DNA from: a virus
Lineage: Duplodnaviria > Caudoviricetes
Direction: 5' to 3' (one strand)
DNA length: 37,187 bases
IMG/VR virus record: IMGVR_UViG_3300032274_000766
Location: 1-37,187 of that record
Shown: positions 15,446-24,930 of the stretch, piece after piece
Position numbering within the stretch: the stretch's first letter is position 1
Layout of the letters: every line of letters starts with the position of its first letter
The notes under the pieces: model-generated
Told to the model about the DNA's origin: nothing
The model's input: the letters and a program-made list of their open reading frames with translations, nothing else
Databases searched by the model: none
Made by a program: the position numbers and the translations under genes

Positions 15446-17026
15446 ATGGGAGTACGTGATTTTCTCGCTCGGCAGGCTTTGTCGGCGACCACTTTTATGG
15501 TGCGTAACGGTGCAAGTTTACCGGGCTTCGACACGACAGGAAGCGCCGCCAGGACATCCGGCATTCGTGGTGCGCCTGGCGGGCATATTAATTCATTACT
15601 GAGTGGTGCCGGTTCAGTCCTGCGCCGTCAATCGCGCGATGCGGTGCGCAAGAATGCCTATGCGGGCCAAGCGATTGACAAGTATGTGTCGAACGCCATT
15701 GGCACAGGTATTCGTCCACGGTCCATGCATCCTGACGAAAAGAAGCGCCTGGAAATTCATGAGTTGTGGAACAGGTTCGTTGATGAATCCGATGCGTCGG
15801 GTAATTGCAGTTACTACGGCCAGCAGGTACTGGGATTACGTTCAATGCTGGAGGGGGCGGATTGTTTTGGGCGATTTCGCGCACGGCGTCCGAGTGATGG
15901 CCTGACTGTTCCGTTTCAACTGGAACTAATGGAAAGTGAACAAGTTCCACTGGAATTAACCAGGTCTTTGTCGCGGGGTGCCGGTGTGATTCGTTGTGGT
16001 ATCGAATACGACGGTATCAACCGCAAGAGCGCATATCACGTTCTGCCGTATCATCCTGAAGACCACGCATTGTTAGGTCGCGGTGCAGGACAGGCGGTGC
16101 GTATTCCTGCTGATCGCATGATCCATTTGTTCAAGCCACTGCGGCCCGGACAGGTGCGCGGTGTTCCTGCTTTGGCATCGGTTTTGTTGCGGTTGTACGA
16201 ACTGGATCAGTTTGAAGATGCAACGCTGAAAAAACAGCAAATTGCTGCGATGATCACAGGTTTTATCACGAAGACCATGGAGGATTCCGGCAGCGGGAGT
16301 CCGCTTGGCGGCGCGATTGATCCACTTAATGCCGCGCTGGAAATTATGCATCTGGAACCCGGAACGTTCCCTGTGGGGCGACCGGGTGAGGATGTGAAAT
16401 TTGCGGACCCGCCAGAGATTGGCGCGGGTGTCGATGATTTTGTGAAGCGTGAATTGCGCGCCATTGCGGCGGGCGGGAGCGTGACGTATGAGCAGCTTTC
16501 TGGCGATCTGTCCGGGGTGAATTATTCCTCGATCCGGGCTGGGTTGTTGGAGTTTAGGCGGGAGGTTGAACAGTTTCAAACCTGCTTTTTCATTTATCAG
16601 TTTTGCCGACCTACGTGGAGAGAATTTATCGACACGGCGGTTATCTCTGGTGTCCTGGACGCCGCCGATTTTCATCGTAACCGGCATCATTATTATGGCG
16701 TTCGATGGGTACCACAGGGCTTCAAGTGGACCGATCCGGTCAAGGAAGTGGCTGGGTTGATCATGGCTATTCGGGCGGGTTTGATTTCGCGCTCCGAAGC
16801 AATCCAGATGTCGGGTTACGACCCCGAGGTTATCGACAACGCCTTGGCAGAAGATGCCAAGCGGGCAGAACGTCTTGGTTTGATTCTGGATTCGAACGCC
16901 AAGCACACATCAAAGGCAGGTGTCACGAATGCGCGATCTGAGGGGGTCGTGTACCCCGATGAAAACGAGCCCGATCCGAACGCCGACCCGGATGCAGCCG
17001 ATCGGGCCGAACGTCAAACAATATAG
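15446..17026 (+). CDS. Portal protein, lambda family
   Basis: LR..SRD..R.N.YA, IG.GI.P, R.GQVRGVP, YEQLSGDLS.VNYSSIRAGLLEF, DPVKE. Confidence 0.95.
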   Translation: MGVRDFLARQALSATTFMVRNGASLPGFDTTGSAARTSGIRGAPGGHINSLLSGAGSVLRRQSRDAVRKNAYAGQAIDKYVSNAIGTGIRPRSMHPDEKKRLEIHELWNRFVDESDASGNCSYYGQQVLGLRSMLEGADCFGRFRARRPSDGLTVPFQLELMESEQVPLELTRSLSRGAGVIRCGIEYDGINRKSAYHVLPYHPEDHALLGRGAGQAVRIPADRMIHLFKPLRPGQVRGVPALASVLLRLYELDQFEDATLKKQQIAAMITGFITKTMEDSGSGSPLGGAIDPLNAALEIMHLEPGTFPVGRPGEDVKFADPPEIGAGVDDFVKRELRAIAAGGSVTYEQLSGDLSGVNYSSIRAGLLEFRREVEQFQTCFFIYQFCRPTWREFIDTAVISGVLDAADFHRNRHHYYGVRWVPQGFKWTDPVKEVAGLIMAIRAGLISRSEAIQMSGYDPEVIDNALAEDAKRAERLGLILDSNAKHTSKAGVTNARSEGVVYPDENEPDPNADPDAADRAERQTI

Positions 17027-17047
17027 CAGTAATTCTAAGGACATCTC

Positions 17048-18451
17048 ATGAAACGTGATTATCCACATATTTTGGGGCGCATCTTCAATACGCCGCTGGT
17101 CATCCATCCGGATAAGGCCGCCGCTATGGTTGCCGCCCTCGGGCCGCGCTTGGGGATTGATGAGGGCAAGCTTCTTGAAGCCGCTGACCATGGCCAAGGG
17201 CAGGGCAATGTTTTGCCAGACCGCCTGGCTTCGGTTCCAGGGCGGGTGAAAAGCAACAAACCCTACGCGATAACCGATAATGGCGTGGCGGTAATCCATG
17301 TTTTGGGAACCTTGGTCCATCGCGCCGCCGCCGCCTCGCCACCATCAATGCTTTGGTCATATGGCGAGATAGAAGACATGTTCATGGACGCGGTCACAGA
17401 CCCATACATCAAGGCGCTGATGTTTGATATTGATTCCGGTGGTGGCGAGGTTTCCGGTGTTTTTGATCTGGCTGAATTAATTCACCAGGCGCGCGGCGTC
17501 AAACCAATATGGGCGGCGGCAGACGAGCATGCCTTTTCCGCCGCTTACGCGCTGGCCAGCGCGGCAGACCGCATAACCGTGGCGCAAACCGGCGCGGTCG
17601 GTTCGGTCGGTGTGATCGCCATGCATCTGGACGTGAGCAGGCAGGATGCTGCTGCCGGGTTGAATTACACTACCATTTATGCCGGTGCGCACAAAAACGA
17701 TTTCAACCCGCACGAACCATTGAGCGATGCCGCGCAGCAACGACTGCAGGCGTCTGTCGGTGAAACTTACGATCTGTTTGTTGAAACCGTGGCGCGCAAT
17801 CGAAAGACCAACACCGACACGGTACGCGCGACCGAGGCGGATATATTCACAGGGCTTGGCGGTGCCGCCGTCGGGTCAGGACTTGCGGATGCGGTGATGC
17901 CGTTTCGTGAGGCTTTGGCTGAATTGACTGAAAAGGTTAACCAGCCCCGGCAATCATTTTTCACAGGCGCGGGTACCGCCGCGTCACAACCCGGCAGCCA
18001 TAAGGAGACACTACCCATGCCTAAATCTAACGACGAAGCGCCCAAGCCGGACGCAACCAAGACAAACACAACCACCACCACCACAGCAGAAACCCCTGCC
18101 GCACCTGAATCGCCATCGGCAGAAACGCCGCTGAAAGAAGCGGTTGGCAACAATATCATCGCCTTGGATACGGCCAGGGCGGAAGGCCACGACCAAGGCC
18201 ATGCCGCAGCCGGTGAAATTGCACAGTTATGTGATATTGCCGGGCGCTCCGATTTGACGGCGGGTTATCTGGGCAAGAAGTTGAGCGCCGCAGCCGTGCG
18301 CGATGACCTGGTTAAACAGCGCGCCGATGCCGACGATAAATTATCCACCAGCACACTACACGGCGGTGGCGATGAACACGGCCACGGCGGCACATTAAAT
18401 GCTGCTGCTATCTATGCCAAGCGCCGTGCGGTTACGCGCGGCAATACCTAA
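17048..18451 (+). CDS. S49 capsid maturation protease (gpC-like) with C-terminal scaffold
   Basis: DIDSGGGEV.G, A.SAAYALASAA, GSVGV, AGAHKND.NPHEPL. Confidence 0.93.
   Translation: MKRDYPHILGRIFNTPLVIHPDKAAAMVAALGPRLGIDEGKLLEAADHGQGQGNVLPDRLASVPGRVKSNKPYAITDNGVAVIHVLGTLVHRAAAASPPSMLWSYGEIEDMFMDAVTDPYIKALMFDIDSGGGEVSGVFDLAELIHQARGVKPIWAAADEHAFSAAYALASAADRITVAQTGAVGSVGVIAMHLDVSRQDAAAGLNYTTIYAGAHKNDFNPHEPLSDAAQQRLQASVGETYDLFVETVARNRKTNTDTVRATEADIFTGLGGAAVGSGLADAVMPFREALAELTEKVNQPRQSFFTGAGTAASQPGSHKETLPMPKSNDEAPKPDATKTNTTTTTTAETPAAPESPSAETPLKEAVGNNIIALDTARAEGHDQGHAAAGEIAQLCDIAGRSDLTAGYLGKKLSAAAVRDDLVKQRADADDKLSTSTLHGGGDEHGHGGTLNAAAIYAKRRAVTRGNT
18017..18451 (+). CDS. Nested in-frame scaffolding protein (Nu3-like)
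   Basis: Strong internal RBS TAAGGAG (18001-18007) before in-frame ATG 18017 (MPKSNDE...), followed by low-complexity sequence. Confidence 0.65.
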   Translation: MPKSNDEAPKPDATKTNTTTTTTAETPAAPESPSAETPLKEAVGNNIIALDTARAEGHDQGHAAAGEIAQLCDIAGRSDLTAGYLGKKLSAAAVRDDLVKQRADADDKLSTSTLHGGGDEHGHGGTLNAAAIYAKRRAVTRGNT

Positions 18452-18502
18452 ACCCCCTCTGAGTTTTCATCTATCAATTACATTTATGGAGAACTTTAAG
18501 TC

Positions 18503-19150
18503 ATGACTACTTTAACCGAAGGCCAGCATGCTGGCGAATTTATGGTATCGGAGGCGAACGGTAGCCGTTCGCGTGAAACCAAAACGCTGATTTTAGGCCA
18601 GAACCTTTCTGCCGGTGCCGTGCTCGGCGAAATCACAAAGAGTGGTTCGGCGACATCCGCCGCCGATGCGGGCAATACCGGTAACGGGGCAATGGGCGCT
18701 GTGACCGTTTCCGCCGGGGCGAATGTTGGAGATTACGTTTTGAGCGTCGTCGCCACCGCAGCTAACGCGGGTGCCTTCGAGGTGGAAAATCCTGACGGCG
18801 TGAACATCGGCACCGGTGATGTCGCCGCTGCGTTTTCCGATGGTGGGTTGGCGTTCACGCTGGCAGACGGCGCGACCGACTTCGCCGTGGGTGACCGTTT
18901 CATTATCACCGTTGTCGCCGGTTCGGGTAAATACACGGAATACAACCCAACAAACACGGATGGGTCTGAAACCGCTGTCGCGGTGTTGTACGACAACGTT
19001 GATGCCAGCGCCGCCGATGTGGACTGCGTGATTATCGCCCGCGAGGCGGAGGTGGCCAGTTCGTCCCTGCAATGGTTTACCGGCGCAACTGCTAATCAAA
19101 TCATTACTGGTAAGGCCGAATTGTCGGTCGCAACCATCATCGCGCGCTAA
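18503..19150 (+). CDS. Head decoration protein (gpD-like) with inserted beta-rich domain
   Basis: LTEGQHAGEFMVSEANG.RSRE, AGAVLG, Y.P..TDGSE.AVAVL, AREAEV. Confidence 0.88.
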   Translation: MTTLTEGQHAGEFMVSEANGSRSRETKTLILGQNLSAGAVLGEITKSGSATSAADAGNTGNGAMGAVTVSAGANVGDYVLSVVATAANAGAFEVENPDGVNIGTGDVAAAFSDGGLAFTLADGATDFAVGDRFIITVVAGSGKYTEYNPTNTDGSETAVAVLYDNVDASAADVDCVIIAREAEVASSSLQWFTGATANQIITGKAELSVATIIAR

Positions 19151-19193
19151 GCATCGCGTTTCAAACTCAATTATAGATTAAGGAGTTCAAAAA

Positions 19194-20210
19194 ATGGCCG
19201 AAATGGACATTTTCAACAACGACGCATTCAGCGCTTTGTCAATGACGACGCGCGTCAACAATATGGATTTCGTTCCAGGGCGTGTGGGCGAGGTCTGCGA
19301 TTTTCGCGAATACGGTGTGATCACCACGACGGTTGCTATCGAGGAAAAGGATTCTGTCTTGTCCCTGATTGCCAATAGCCCGCGTGGCAGTGCGCCGGAA
19401 CAAGCCTCGCGTGGCAAGCGCCGCATGCGCAACCTGAACCTGACGCACCTTACACGCGAAGCTGTGATCTATGCGGATCAGATTCAAGGCGTTCGCGCAT
19501 TTGGCGGCCAAGGTGAGCTGGAAGTAGTGACGCAGGTCGCCGACGCAGAAGTTCAACGCCTTCTTTTGTCGATGGACATGACTTTGGAAAACCTGCGCCT
19601 GGGTGCATTCAAGGGCGATATCCTGGACGCCGACGGATCGACGGTAATTTACAATCTGTTCACCGAATTTGGCGTGACGCAAGAAACAGAAGTTAATTTT
19701 GCCCTGACCACTGCCACCACAGACGTGCGTGGATTATGCCAGAAGCTGCGGCGCACGATGGTTAAAAACTTGAAGTTGCCGGAAAATAGTAAATTCCGCA
19801 TTCACTCGTTGTGTGGTCCTGACTTCTTCGACAACCTGATCTCTCATCCAGAGGTTAAGGCTGCTTACGACCGCTGGGAACAAGGTGCCGCGTTGCGCGC
19901 CGACCTAACTTACAGCGTTTTCAATTTTGGCGGTATCGATTTCGAGGATTACCGGGGGTCAGACGATGGCACTGTCGGCGTTCCAGCGGCCAAGGCTCAC
20001 TTCGCGCCGGTCGGCGTTCCGGGTTTGTGGGAAAATCCCAACGGGCCAGCGGACACCATGGAATTTGTTAACACGCCGGGTATGCCGCGTTACGTCATTC
20101 CTGGTTTTGATCCGAGCGGTAAGAACAAGTTTATGTCATTCGAAGTCCAGGCTAATCCGTTGCCGTTCTGCACCCGTCCGAAAGTGCTGATGAAAGGCAA
20201 GCAAGCTTAA
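19194..20210 (+). CDS. Major capsid protein (lambda gpE family)
   Basis: MDIFNNDAFS...MT, RG.A, ADQIQGVRAFG, TLE.LRLGA.KG..LDADG, QANPLP.CTRP; TAAGGAG RBS. Confidence 0.95.
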   Translation: MAEMDIFNNDAFSALSMTTRVNNMDFVPGRVGEVCDFREYGVITTTVAIEEKDSVLSLIANSPRGSAPEQASRGKRRMRNLNLTHLTREAVIYADQIQGVRAFGGQGELEVVTQVADAEVQRLLLSMDMTLENLRLGAFKGDILDADGSTVIYNLFTEFGVTQETEVNFALTTATTDVRGLCQKLRRTMVKNLKLPENSKFRIHSLCGPDFFDNLISHPEVKAAYDRWEQGAALRADLTYSVFNFGGIDFEDYRGSDDGTVGVPAAKAHFAPVGVPGLWENPNGPADTMEFVNTPGMPRYVIPGFDPSGKNKFMSFEVQANPLPFCTRPKVLMKGKQA

Positions 20211-20240
20211 ATTTCAGGGTTGTTATTTCGATAAATATAC

Positions 20241-20288
20241 GAACATGGGCGGTCCTTCGGGGTCGCCCTGTTCTCTTCCTTATTCTTT
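20241..20288 (+). terminator. Probable terminator hairpin after the capsid gene
   Basis: GAACATGGGCGGTCC-TTCG-GGGTCGCCCTGTTC followed by a pyrimidine/T-rich tract. Confidence 0.65.
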
Positions 20289-20345
20289 AATTTTTTAAAA
20301 GATCAGCGGACGCTTTTCGCTGGGAGCGCTAGGGGCCTTAAAATT

Positions 20346-20663
20346 ATGAATTGGAATCTGGCTCTTGATGAACTGTACACCGTCGTCCATGACACGTTTG
20401 CCAAAGACGCTGCATATTCACCGCTGTCCGGTGGCGGGCCAATTTCGGTCAAGGTGATTTTGAAGAAAGAACCGGCGGGTGAAAGTTTTGGCAAGGTTGG
20501 CATCGCCACTGCGCAGGTCCGGGCCGAAGTCCGGGTGTCGGAAATCGCGGCGGCGGCGAAGGGCGACACGTTTGTCGTCGGGGCCGATACCTACAAGGTG
20601 ACGCGGGCAGACACCGACGCCGACGGTCTGATTTGGCAGTTGGGCGTCGAGCGCACGTCATGA
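20346..20663 (+). CDS. Head-tail joining/closure protein (gpFII-like)
   Basis: Synteny; KGDTFVV...Y.V.....D.DGLIW.L. Confidence 0.7.
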   Translation: MNWNLALDELYTVVHDTFAKDAAYSPLSGGGPISVKVILKKEPAGESFGKVGIATAQVRAEVRVSEIAAAAKGDTFVVGADTYKVTRADTDADGLIWQLGVERTS

Positions 20664-21346
20664 CCGGTTTGGGCTTGGCGCTAAAAGGCGATTTGCGCAA
20701 GTCCATGGACCGGCAACTCAGGCGGATCAAAAAAGGGGTTAAGGCAGGGACAGCCAGCACCGCGAAAGGATTACAAGGCGACCTTCGGGCGCAGACGCGG
20801 CATGCAAAACTTGGCCGCGGGCTGGAAAAGGCGTGGCGCTTCGAAGTCTATCCGCGACATGGCAAGATTAGCCTGCATCCTGCCGCTATTGTTTTTTCGA
20901 ATGCTAAACGCATTCACGCGGCCTTTAGCCAGGGCGCGCAAATCAGGGTGCGTAAGGCCAAGTTTTTGGTTATCCCGCTGCCAGCGGCAAAAAAATTTGG
21001 TTTCGACATGGGCCTTAAACATTCGAAGGGAAACAAGGAACGCAAGTGGTCGGATATTGAGGCTGCTATCGGCAAATATGCCTCGCTGCGCTACGTCAAG
21101 ATAGGCCCCGGCAAAGCGCTGCTGGTTGCCGATAACCTGACCAGCGGGTTGCGGCGGTCGAAATCGCGGGTCAGCAAGAAAACCGGCGCAGCCTATTCGC
21201 CGGTCGGTGGCAGGCGGGCGTCTGCACCGCTGTTTTTGCTGGTGAAGCAGGTGCGGATTAAACGCAAGATCGATGTTAAGCGGGCAGTAAAACGGGCAAA
21301 CAGAGACTTGGGGCGTCAAATTTTGAAACATTTATCGGCACGGTAG
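20660..21346 (+). CDS. Basic neck/minor tail protein (gpZ/DUF6441-like)
   Basis: LR.Q...A.LG..L..AWR..YP, AF..GA.IR....FL.IP, PLF.LV.QV..KRK.D. Confidence 0.7.
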   Translation: MTGLGLALKGDLRKSMDRQLRRIKKGVKAGTASTAKGLQGDLRAQTRHAKLGRGLEKAWRFEVYPRHGKISLHPAAIVFSNAKRIHAAFSQGAQIRVRKAKFLVIPLPAAKKFGFDMGLKHSKGNKERKWSDIEAAIGKYASLRYVKIGPGKALLVADNLTSGLRRSKSRVSKKTGAAYSPVGGRRASAPLFLLVKQVRIKRKIDVKRAVKRANRDLGRQILKHLSAR

Positions 21347-21357
21347 GGAATTTAATA

Positions 21358-21804
21358 ATGGCTACTTCAATTCGTGAGCAAATCCTGACCGCCGTCGATG
21401 CGGCGCTGATTGCCATCGGTGCTGGTGTTTTGGCGGCGCGCAATCGTTCCAGTGATGTCGAGCCAGCGGAAATGCCAGCGGCTATCCAGATTGACGGCGG
21501 GCATCGGGCAAGTGACCACGAGACAGGTGCCGTTGGAATGACGCTGGACGTTTCCGTGCAGGGTTATGTCACAGGCAGCGACGACGCAGCCATCACGGCG
21601 GCGGTCGATGCTTTGTACGTGCAGATCGGCACGGCGCTGATGGCCGATATTACGCTTGGCGGCTTGGCTTCGGACGTGCGCGAAGTGGAAATGCTTGAGC
21701 CTGAAATCATGCGCGAGGAACAAGAAAAACCGTTCGCGGAATTTACCGTTGAATTTGAAATTGATTATCAAACGTCGGAAACAGATCCGACGGCATTGCC
21801 TTAG
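21358..21804 (+). CDS. Tail terminator (gpU-like)
   Basis: SIREQIL.A, AL.AD.TLGGLA.D, Y.T...DP; synteny. Confidence 0.75.
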   Translation: MATSIREQILTAVDAALIAIGAGVLAARNRSSDVEPAEMPAAIQIDGGHRASDHETGAVGMTLDVSVQGYVTGSDDAAITAAVDALYVQIGTALMADITLGGLASDVREVEMLEPEIMREEQEKPFAEFTVEFEIDYQTSETDPTALP

Positions 21805-21871
21805 TTTTGGTCGGGGCAATTTACGCTTCAGGAAGCCCTGAAGCGATTGCACCTTTACAGGAGAACACAAA

Positions 21872-22150
21872 ATGAAAACACCTGCACACCGCAAGGCTGG
21901 CGGGCCGATGGCCGTCGGCGGAAGCCACCTGACACCGCAAGAACCTGCCACGGCCCAGAGCGCCCCGAAAGGCAAGCGCGAACGGCTGGCTGCCATCACC
22001 GCCGTCATTACCGCCCGCCTTGAGCCAACCAACCCCGGTCAGTTCACCGACGAGGGTGTGCCGCAAATTTCCGCAATCGAATCTTTCCTTGGATGGCGAC
22101 CTTCCAGCGACGAGCGCGACACCGCATGGGCCGCAATCCAGTCCGCCTGA
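21872..22150 (+). CDS. Small hypothetical protein
   Basis: AGGAG RBS; FT..G.P....I...LG...S..ERD.AW motif. Confidence 0.65.
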   Translation: MKTPAHRKAGGPMAVGGSHLTPQEPATAQSAPKGKRERLAAITAVITARLEPTNPGQFTDEGVPQISAIESFLGWRPSSDERDTAWAAIQSA

Positions 22151-22186
22151 AACACGCAACCTACAGATATTTAAGGATTAAAAATC

Positions 22187-23365
22187 ATGGCCGATTTTCG
22201 TACCAAAAACCAAACCGTGACCGCCAAGCCGGAAGCCGTTTCCGGCATCGAGGAATCCCCGACGGTCGCCGCTAACGCCATCAAGGTTTCCAGCCCTCAG
22301 TATTCGCCCAATTTTGATGTCCTGGATACCGACGATGAAGCCACCGGATCGCTTGATGTGGGCAACCCGATTGTCGGTGGCGGCAATGCCACAATTAATT
22401 ATGATGTCACCATGCGCGGTTCCGGCGCGGGCGGCACGGCCCCTGAATATGGTGCGTTGCTGCGCGGCTGTGGGCTGTCTGAAACTGTTACGGCGGCAGA
22501 TGTTACCGGCACGGCGACGGCTGGCGCGGCTTCGACTGTAACACTGGCCGCTGGTGCTTCGGCGGTCGATGATGCCTACAAGGGCATGGTTATCGAAATC
22601 GACGGTGGCACCGGTTCGGGGCAGTCGGCGGTGATGACCGGTTACGTTGGTTCGAGCAAGGTCGCCACGGTGGCCGCCGCGTGGACGACCGCACCGGACG
22701 CCACATCGACCTACACCATCCCGGCCAACGCGCTGTACCGCCCGGCATCCACCGGGCTTGAGACGCTGACTATTTTCGATTATCAGCATTCCTCGGCGTC
22801 CGGCGGTCAATCGCTGCTGCGCAAACTGATAGGCGCGGCGGGGACCATGAATTTGGCCATCGACACGCGCGGCATTGGCCGCATGAGTTTCAACTTCACC
22901 GGCATCCTGCCAGCCCTTCCGGCGCAGGTCGCCCATCCGGGCAGCGCCACGTATGATAATGTGCAAGCCGAAGCGTTCAAGAATGCCGAGGCGCTGATGG
23001 GTGGCGCGGTTGTCAAGTTTGGCAATTTCTCGCTGGACCTGGGTGGGGAAATCTCGCAGGCAGACGACCCGGCTGCGACTTACGGTTATGACATCGCGGG
23101 GCTTACCAAGCGCAAGGTGACCGGTTCCATCACCCCGCTTTTGGCGAACCTTGCGACGCGAAACAATATGTCTGATTTCATGAATCAGAATTCAAAAACC
23201 ATCGTCACCCGTTGGGGTTCGGTTGCTGGCAAGCGGGTCTCGTTGTTGGTGCCGACGGCGAAATTGACCGGGGCGGCTCCTGGCGATAGTTCCGGCTACG
23301 CCAACGAAGATGTGCCGTTCCAATCGACTGGCGTCGATGACGGTTGCTGGTTGTGTATTCACTGA
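22187..23365 (+). CDS. Major tail tube protein with inserted domain
   Basis: TAAGGA RBS; GSG..GTAPEYG.LLRGCG, Y.P.S, GAAGT; position before the tail chaperone. Confidence 0.8.
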   Translation: MADFRTKNQTVTAKPEAVSGIEESPTVAANAIKVSSPQYSPNFDVLDTDDEATGSLDVGNPIVGGGNATINYDVTMRGSGAGGTAPEYGALLRGCGLSETVTAADVTGTATAGAASTVTLAAGASAVDDAYKGMVIEIDGGTGSGQSAVMTGYVGSSKVATVAAAWTTAPDATSTYTIPANALYRPASTGLETLTIFDYQHSSASGGQSLLRKLIGAAGTMNLAIDTRGIGRMSFNFTGILPALPAQVAHPGSATYDNVQAEAFKNAEALMGGAVVKFGNFSLDLGGEISQADDPAATYGYDIAGLTKRKVTGSITPLLANLATRNNMSDFMNQNSKTIVTRWGSVAGKRVSLLVPTAKLTGAAPGDSSGYANEDVPFQSTGVDDGCWLCIH

Positions 23366-24096
23366 TGGCTATTAAATCAACATCCGCACCCGTCCGCATG
23401 GAACCCACAGGTCAGGATGACGTTGATGAGGATAAGCGGGTGGCTTATCTGGTCAAGGTGCCGAGTGTTTATGACCGTGCCGCATACCGTCGCCAGGTCA
23501 AGGCGCGGGGGGCGCGTTTGTTTATGCCTGCTGAAATGCGCCAGTCCATGCGCACCGATGTGGCGGCGGCCAACGACGCCGGGGCTTTTTCGAAAGACGA
23601 AGCCCGCGCCGCCAACGCCACCATCGACGCTTTCGAGGCGGCGCTTGCGGCCCGCGACGGCGATGCTGACACGGCGGTTCCCGATAAATTGTTGCAGGCG
23701 TTTATGGATTTCGAGGAAAGCGTTCGCGGGCTGGGCGGTGAATACGCAGGACGGTTGGCGGAAAACGAATACTACCTTGAAATTGCCATGATTGAGGCGG
23801 TGCGGATGTTTGTCGTCGGCTGGGAAAATGTGGACGCCGATTTCAAGCGGGTTGAACCTGTGGGCTTGAGCGAGAATTCCTTGCAGGCTATTTCCGACGA
23901 CCACCTGCGCCAGATCGACGGAAAGGTCGGGGCGTTGATGGCCCCTGGGGGCACGGCTGAAAAAAACTTAAACTCGCCGTCGCCTGGGCCTTCTGGCCCG
24001 GCGACTTCGCAGGCGGCGAAGCCTTCACAGCCGAAAACCCGGCGCACAAAGACGAAGACTTCTGGAGTCTCCCGGAAATCGGCTTCGAAAAACTAG
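23365..24096 (+). CDS. Tail assembly chaperone (gpG-like)
   Basis: TGATG coupling to tail tube; VVGWENV motif; slippery A AAA AAC at 23961-23967. Confidence 0.75.
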   Translation: MAIKSTSAPVRMEPTGQDDVDEDKRVAYLVKVPSVYDRAAYRRQVKARGARLFMPAEMRQSMRTDVAAANDAGAFSKDEARAANATIDAFEAALAARDGDADTAVPDKLLQAFMDFEESVRGLGGEYAGRLAENEYYLEIAMIEAVRMFVVGWENVDADFKRVEPVGLSENSLQAISDDHLRQIDGKVGALMAPGGTAEKNLNSPSPGPSGPATSQAAKPSQPKTRRTKTKTSGVSRKSASKN

Positions 24097-24290
24097 GCGT
24101 TCATCCGCAGCACCTTGTCGGGGACCTGCTCGAAGTGGTGCAGTTGTGGCGGGTGTTTAAAAAGTCGGCAACACTTCCAGACACCGGCGGCTGGTTGCAA
24201 CAAGCGGCGTGGACGATTGATGCGTTCGTCATCATCGAGACGGCGCTGGAAACGCTAAAGGAGGCGCGGCGGGAATTGATAGGGCGTTAA
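23964..24290 (+). CDS. gpT-like -1 frameshift extension of the tail chaperone (gpGT = 23365-24290)
   Basis: The -1 frame is open for 108 codons: KLKLAVAWAFWPGDF...LPDTGGWLQQAAWTIDAFVII...ELIGR*; it has no ATG of its own and is missing from the ORF track. Confidence 0.75.
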   Translation, partial: KLKLAVAWAFWPGDFAGGEAFTAENPAHKDEDFWSLPEIGFEKLGVHPQHLVGDLLEVVQLWRVFKKSATLPDTGGWLQQAAWTIDAFVIIETALETLKEARRELIGR

Positions 24291-24577
24291 GGCGTATGCA
24301 AGGCGCGCACGGCGGTTTCTGGTTCCTTGTCGATAATGTGCAGCAGGGCGGCGGCGGGGCCATCGGGGTGGCGGCGACCCTGTTCCCAATTGCGCAGGGT
24401 GCCGATGGGAATGTGAAAGACGGCGGAAAACCTGGCCTGGCTAAGTTTTGTTTTGGCGCGGATTTTTTTAACATCGGGTCGTGGGAAAGTGTGGATGATG
24501 CAGTCGATGTCCTCGCCTGCGGCGTGGGCGGCGGCTTCTTTCAGGCCAGCCATGATTTGGTCAAAGGCTTTGCTCAT
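24287..24577 (-). CDS. higA: HigA-type XRE HTH antitoxin
   Basis: MSKAFDQIMAGLKEA, DVKKIRAKTKLSQARFS...GTLRNWEQGRR.PDGPA..LL.II. Confidence 0.88.
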   Translation of the reverse strand: MSKAFDQIMAGLKEAAAHAAGEDIDCIIHTFPRPDVKKIRAKTKLSQARFSAVFHIPIGTLRNWEQGRRHPDGPAAALLHIIDKEPETAVRALHTP

Positions 24578-24930
24578 TTTGGGTGACTTTCCTTCCAGTT
24601 TTTAACGGTGGTTTCGACAAATAATTTCAGTTGTTTTAATTCGGCTTTTGAAAGATTGGTTTTTTCGTTCTTGGTAAACACGGCCAACATATAAACCGGC
24701 ATGTCGGTGTTGCGGAAATAATAAACGACCCGCGCACCGCCACTTTTGCCCCGGCCTGAAAGTGCGACCCGCACTTTGCGAACACCGCCGCTGCCGACAA
24801 TGATGTCGCCAACCATGGGGTCGGCTGAAATCATGTCGATGGTGTTGGTTTTTTCCTGTTCGGAAAAGACTCGCTTGGCCTTGGCGATAAAAGGCGCGGT
24901 TTCGATAACGGTGATCATTGTGTTTTCCAT
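24574..24930 (-). CDS. higB: RelE/HigB-2-type toxin
   Basis: TVIET..F, P..GDII.GSGGVRKVR....GRGKSGGARVVYY, L..F.KNEK.NLS; toxin-first order. Confidence 0.9.
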   Translation of the reverse strand: MENTMITVIETAPFIAKAKRVFSEQEKTNTIDMISADPMVGDIIVGSGGVRKVRVALSGRGKSGGARVVYYFRNTDMPVYMLAVFTKNEKTNLSKAELKQLKLFVETTVKNWKESHPK

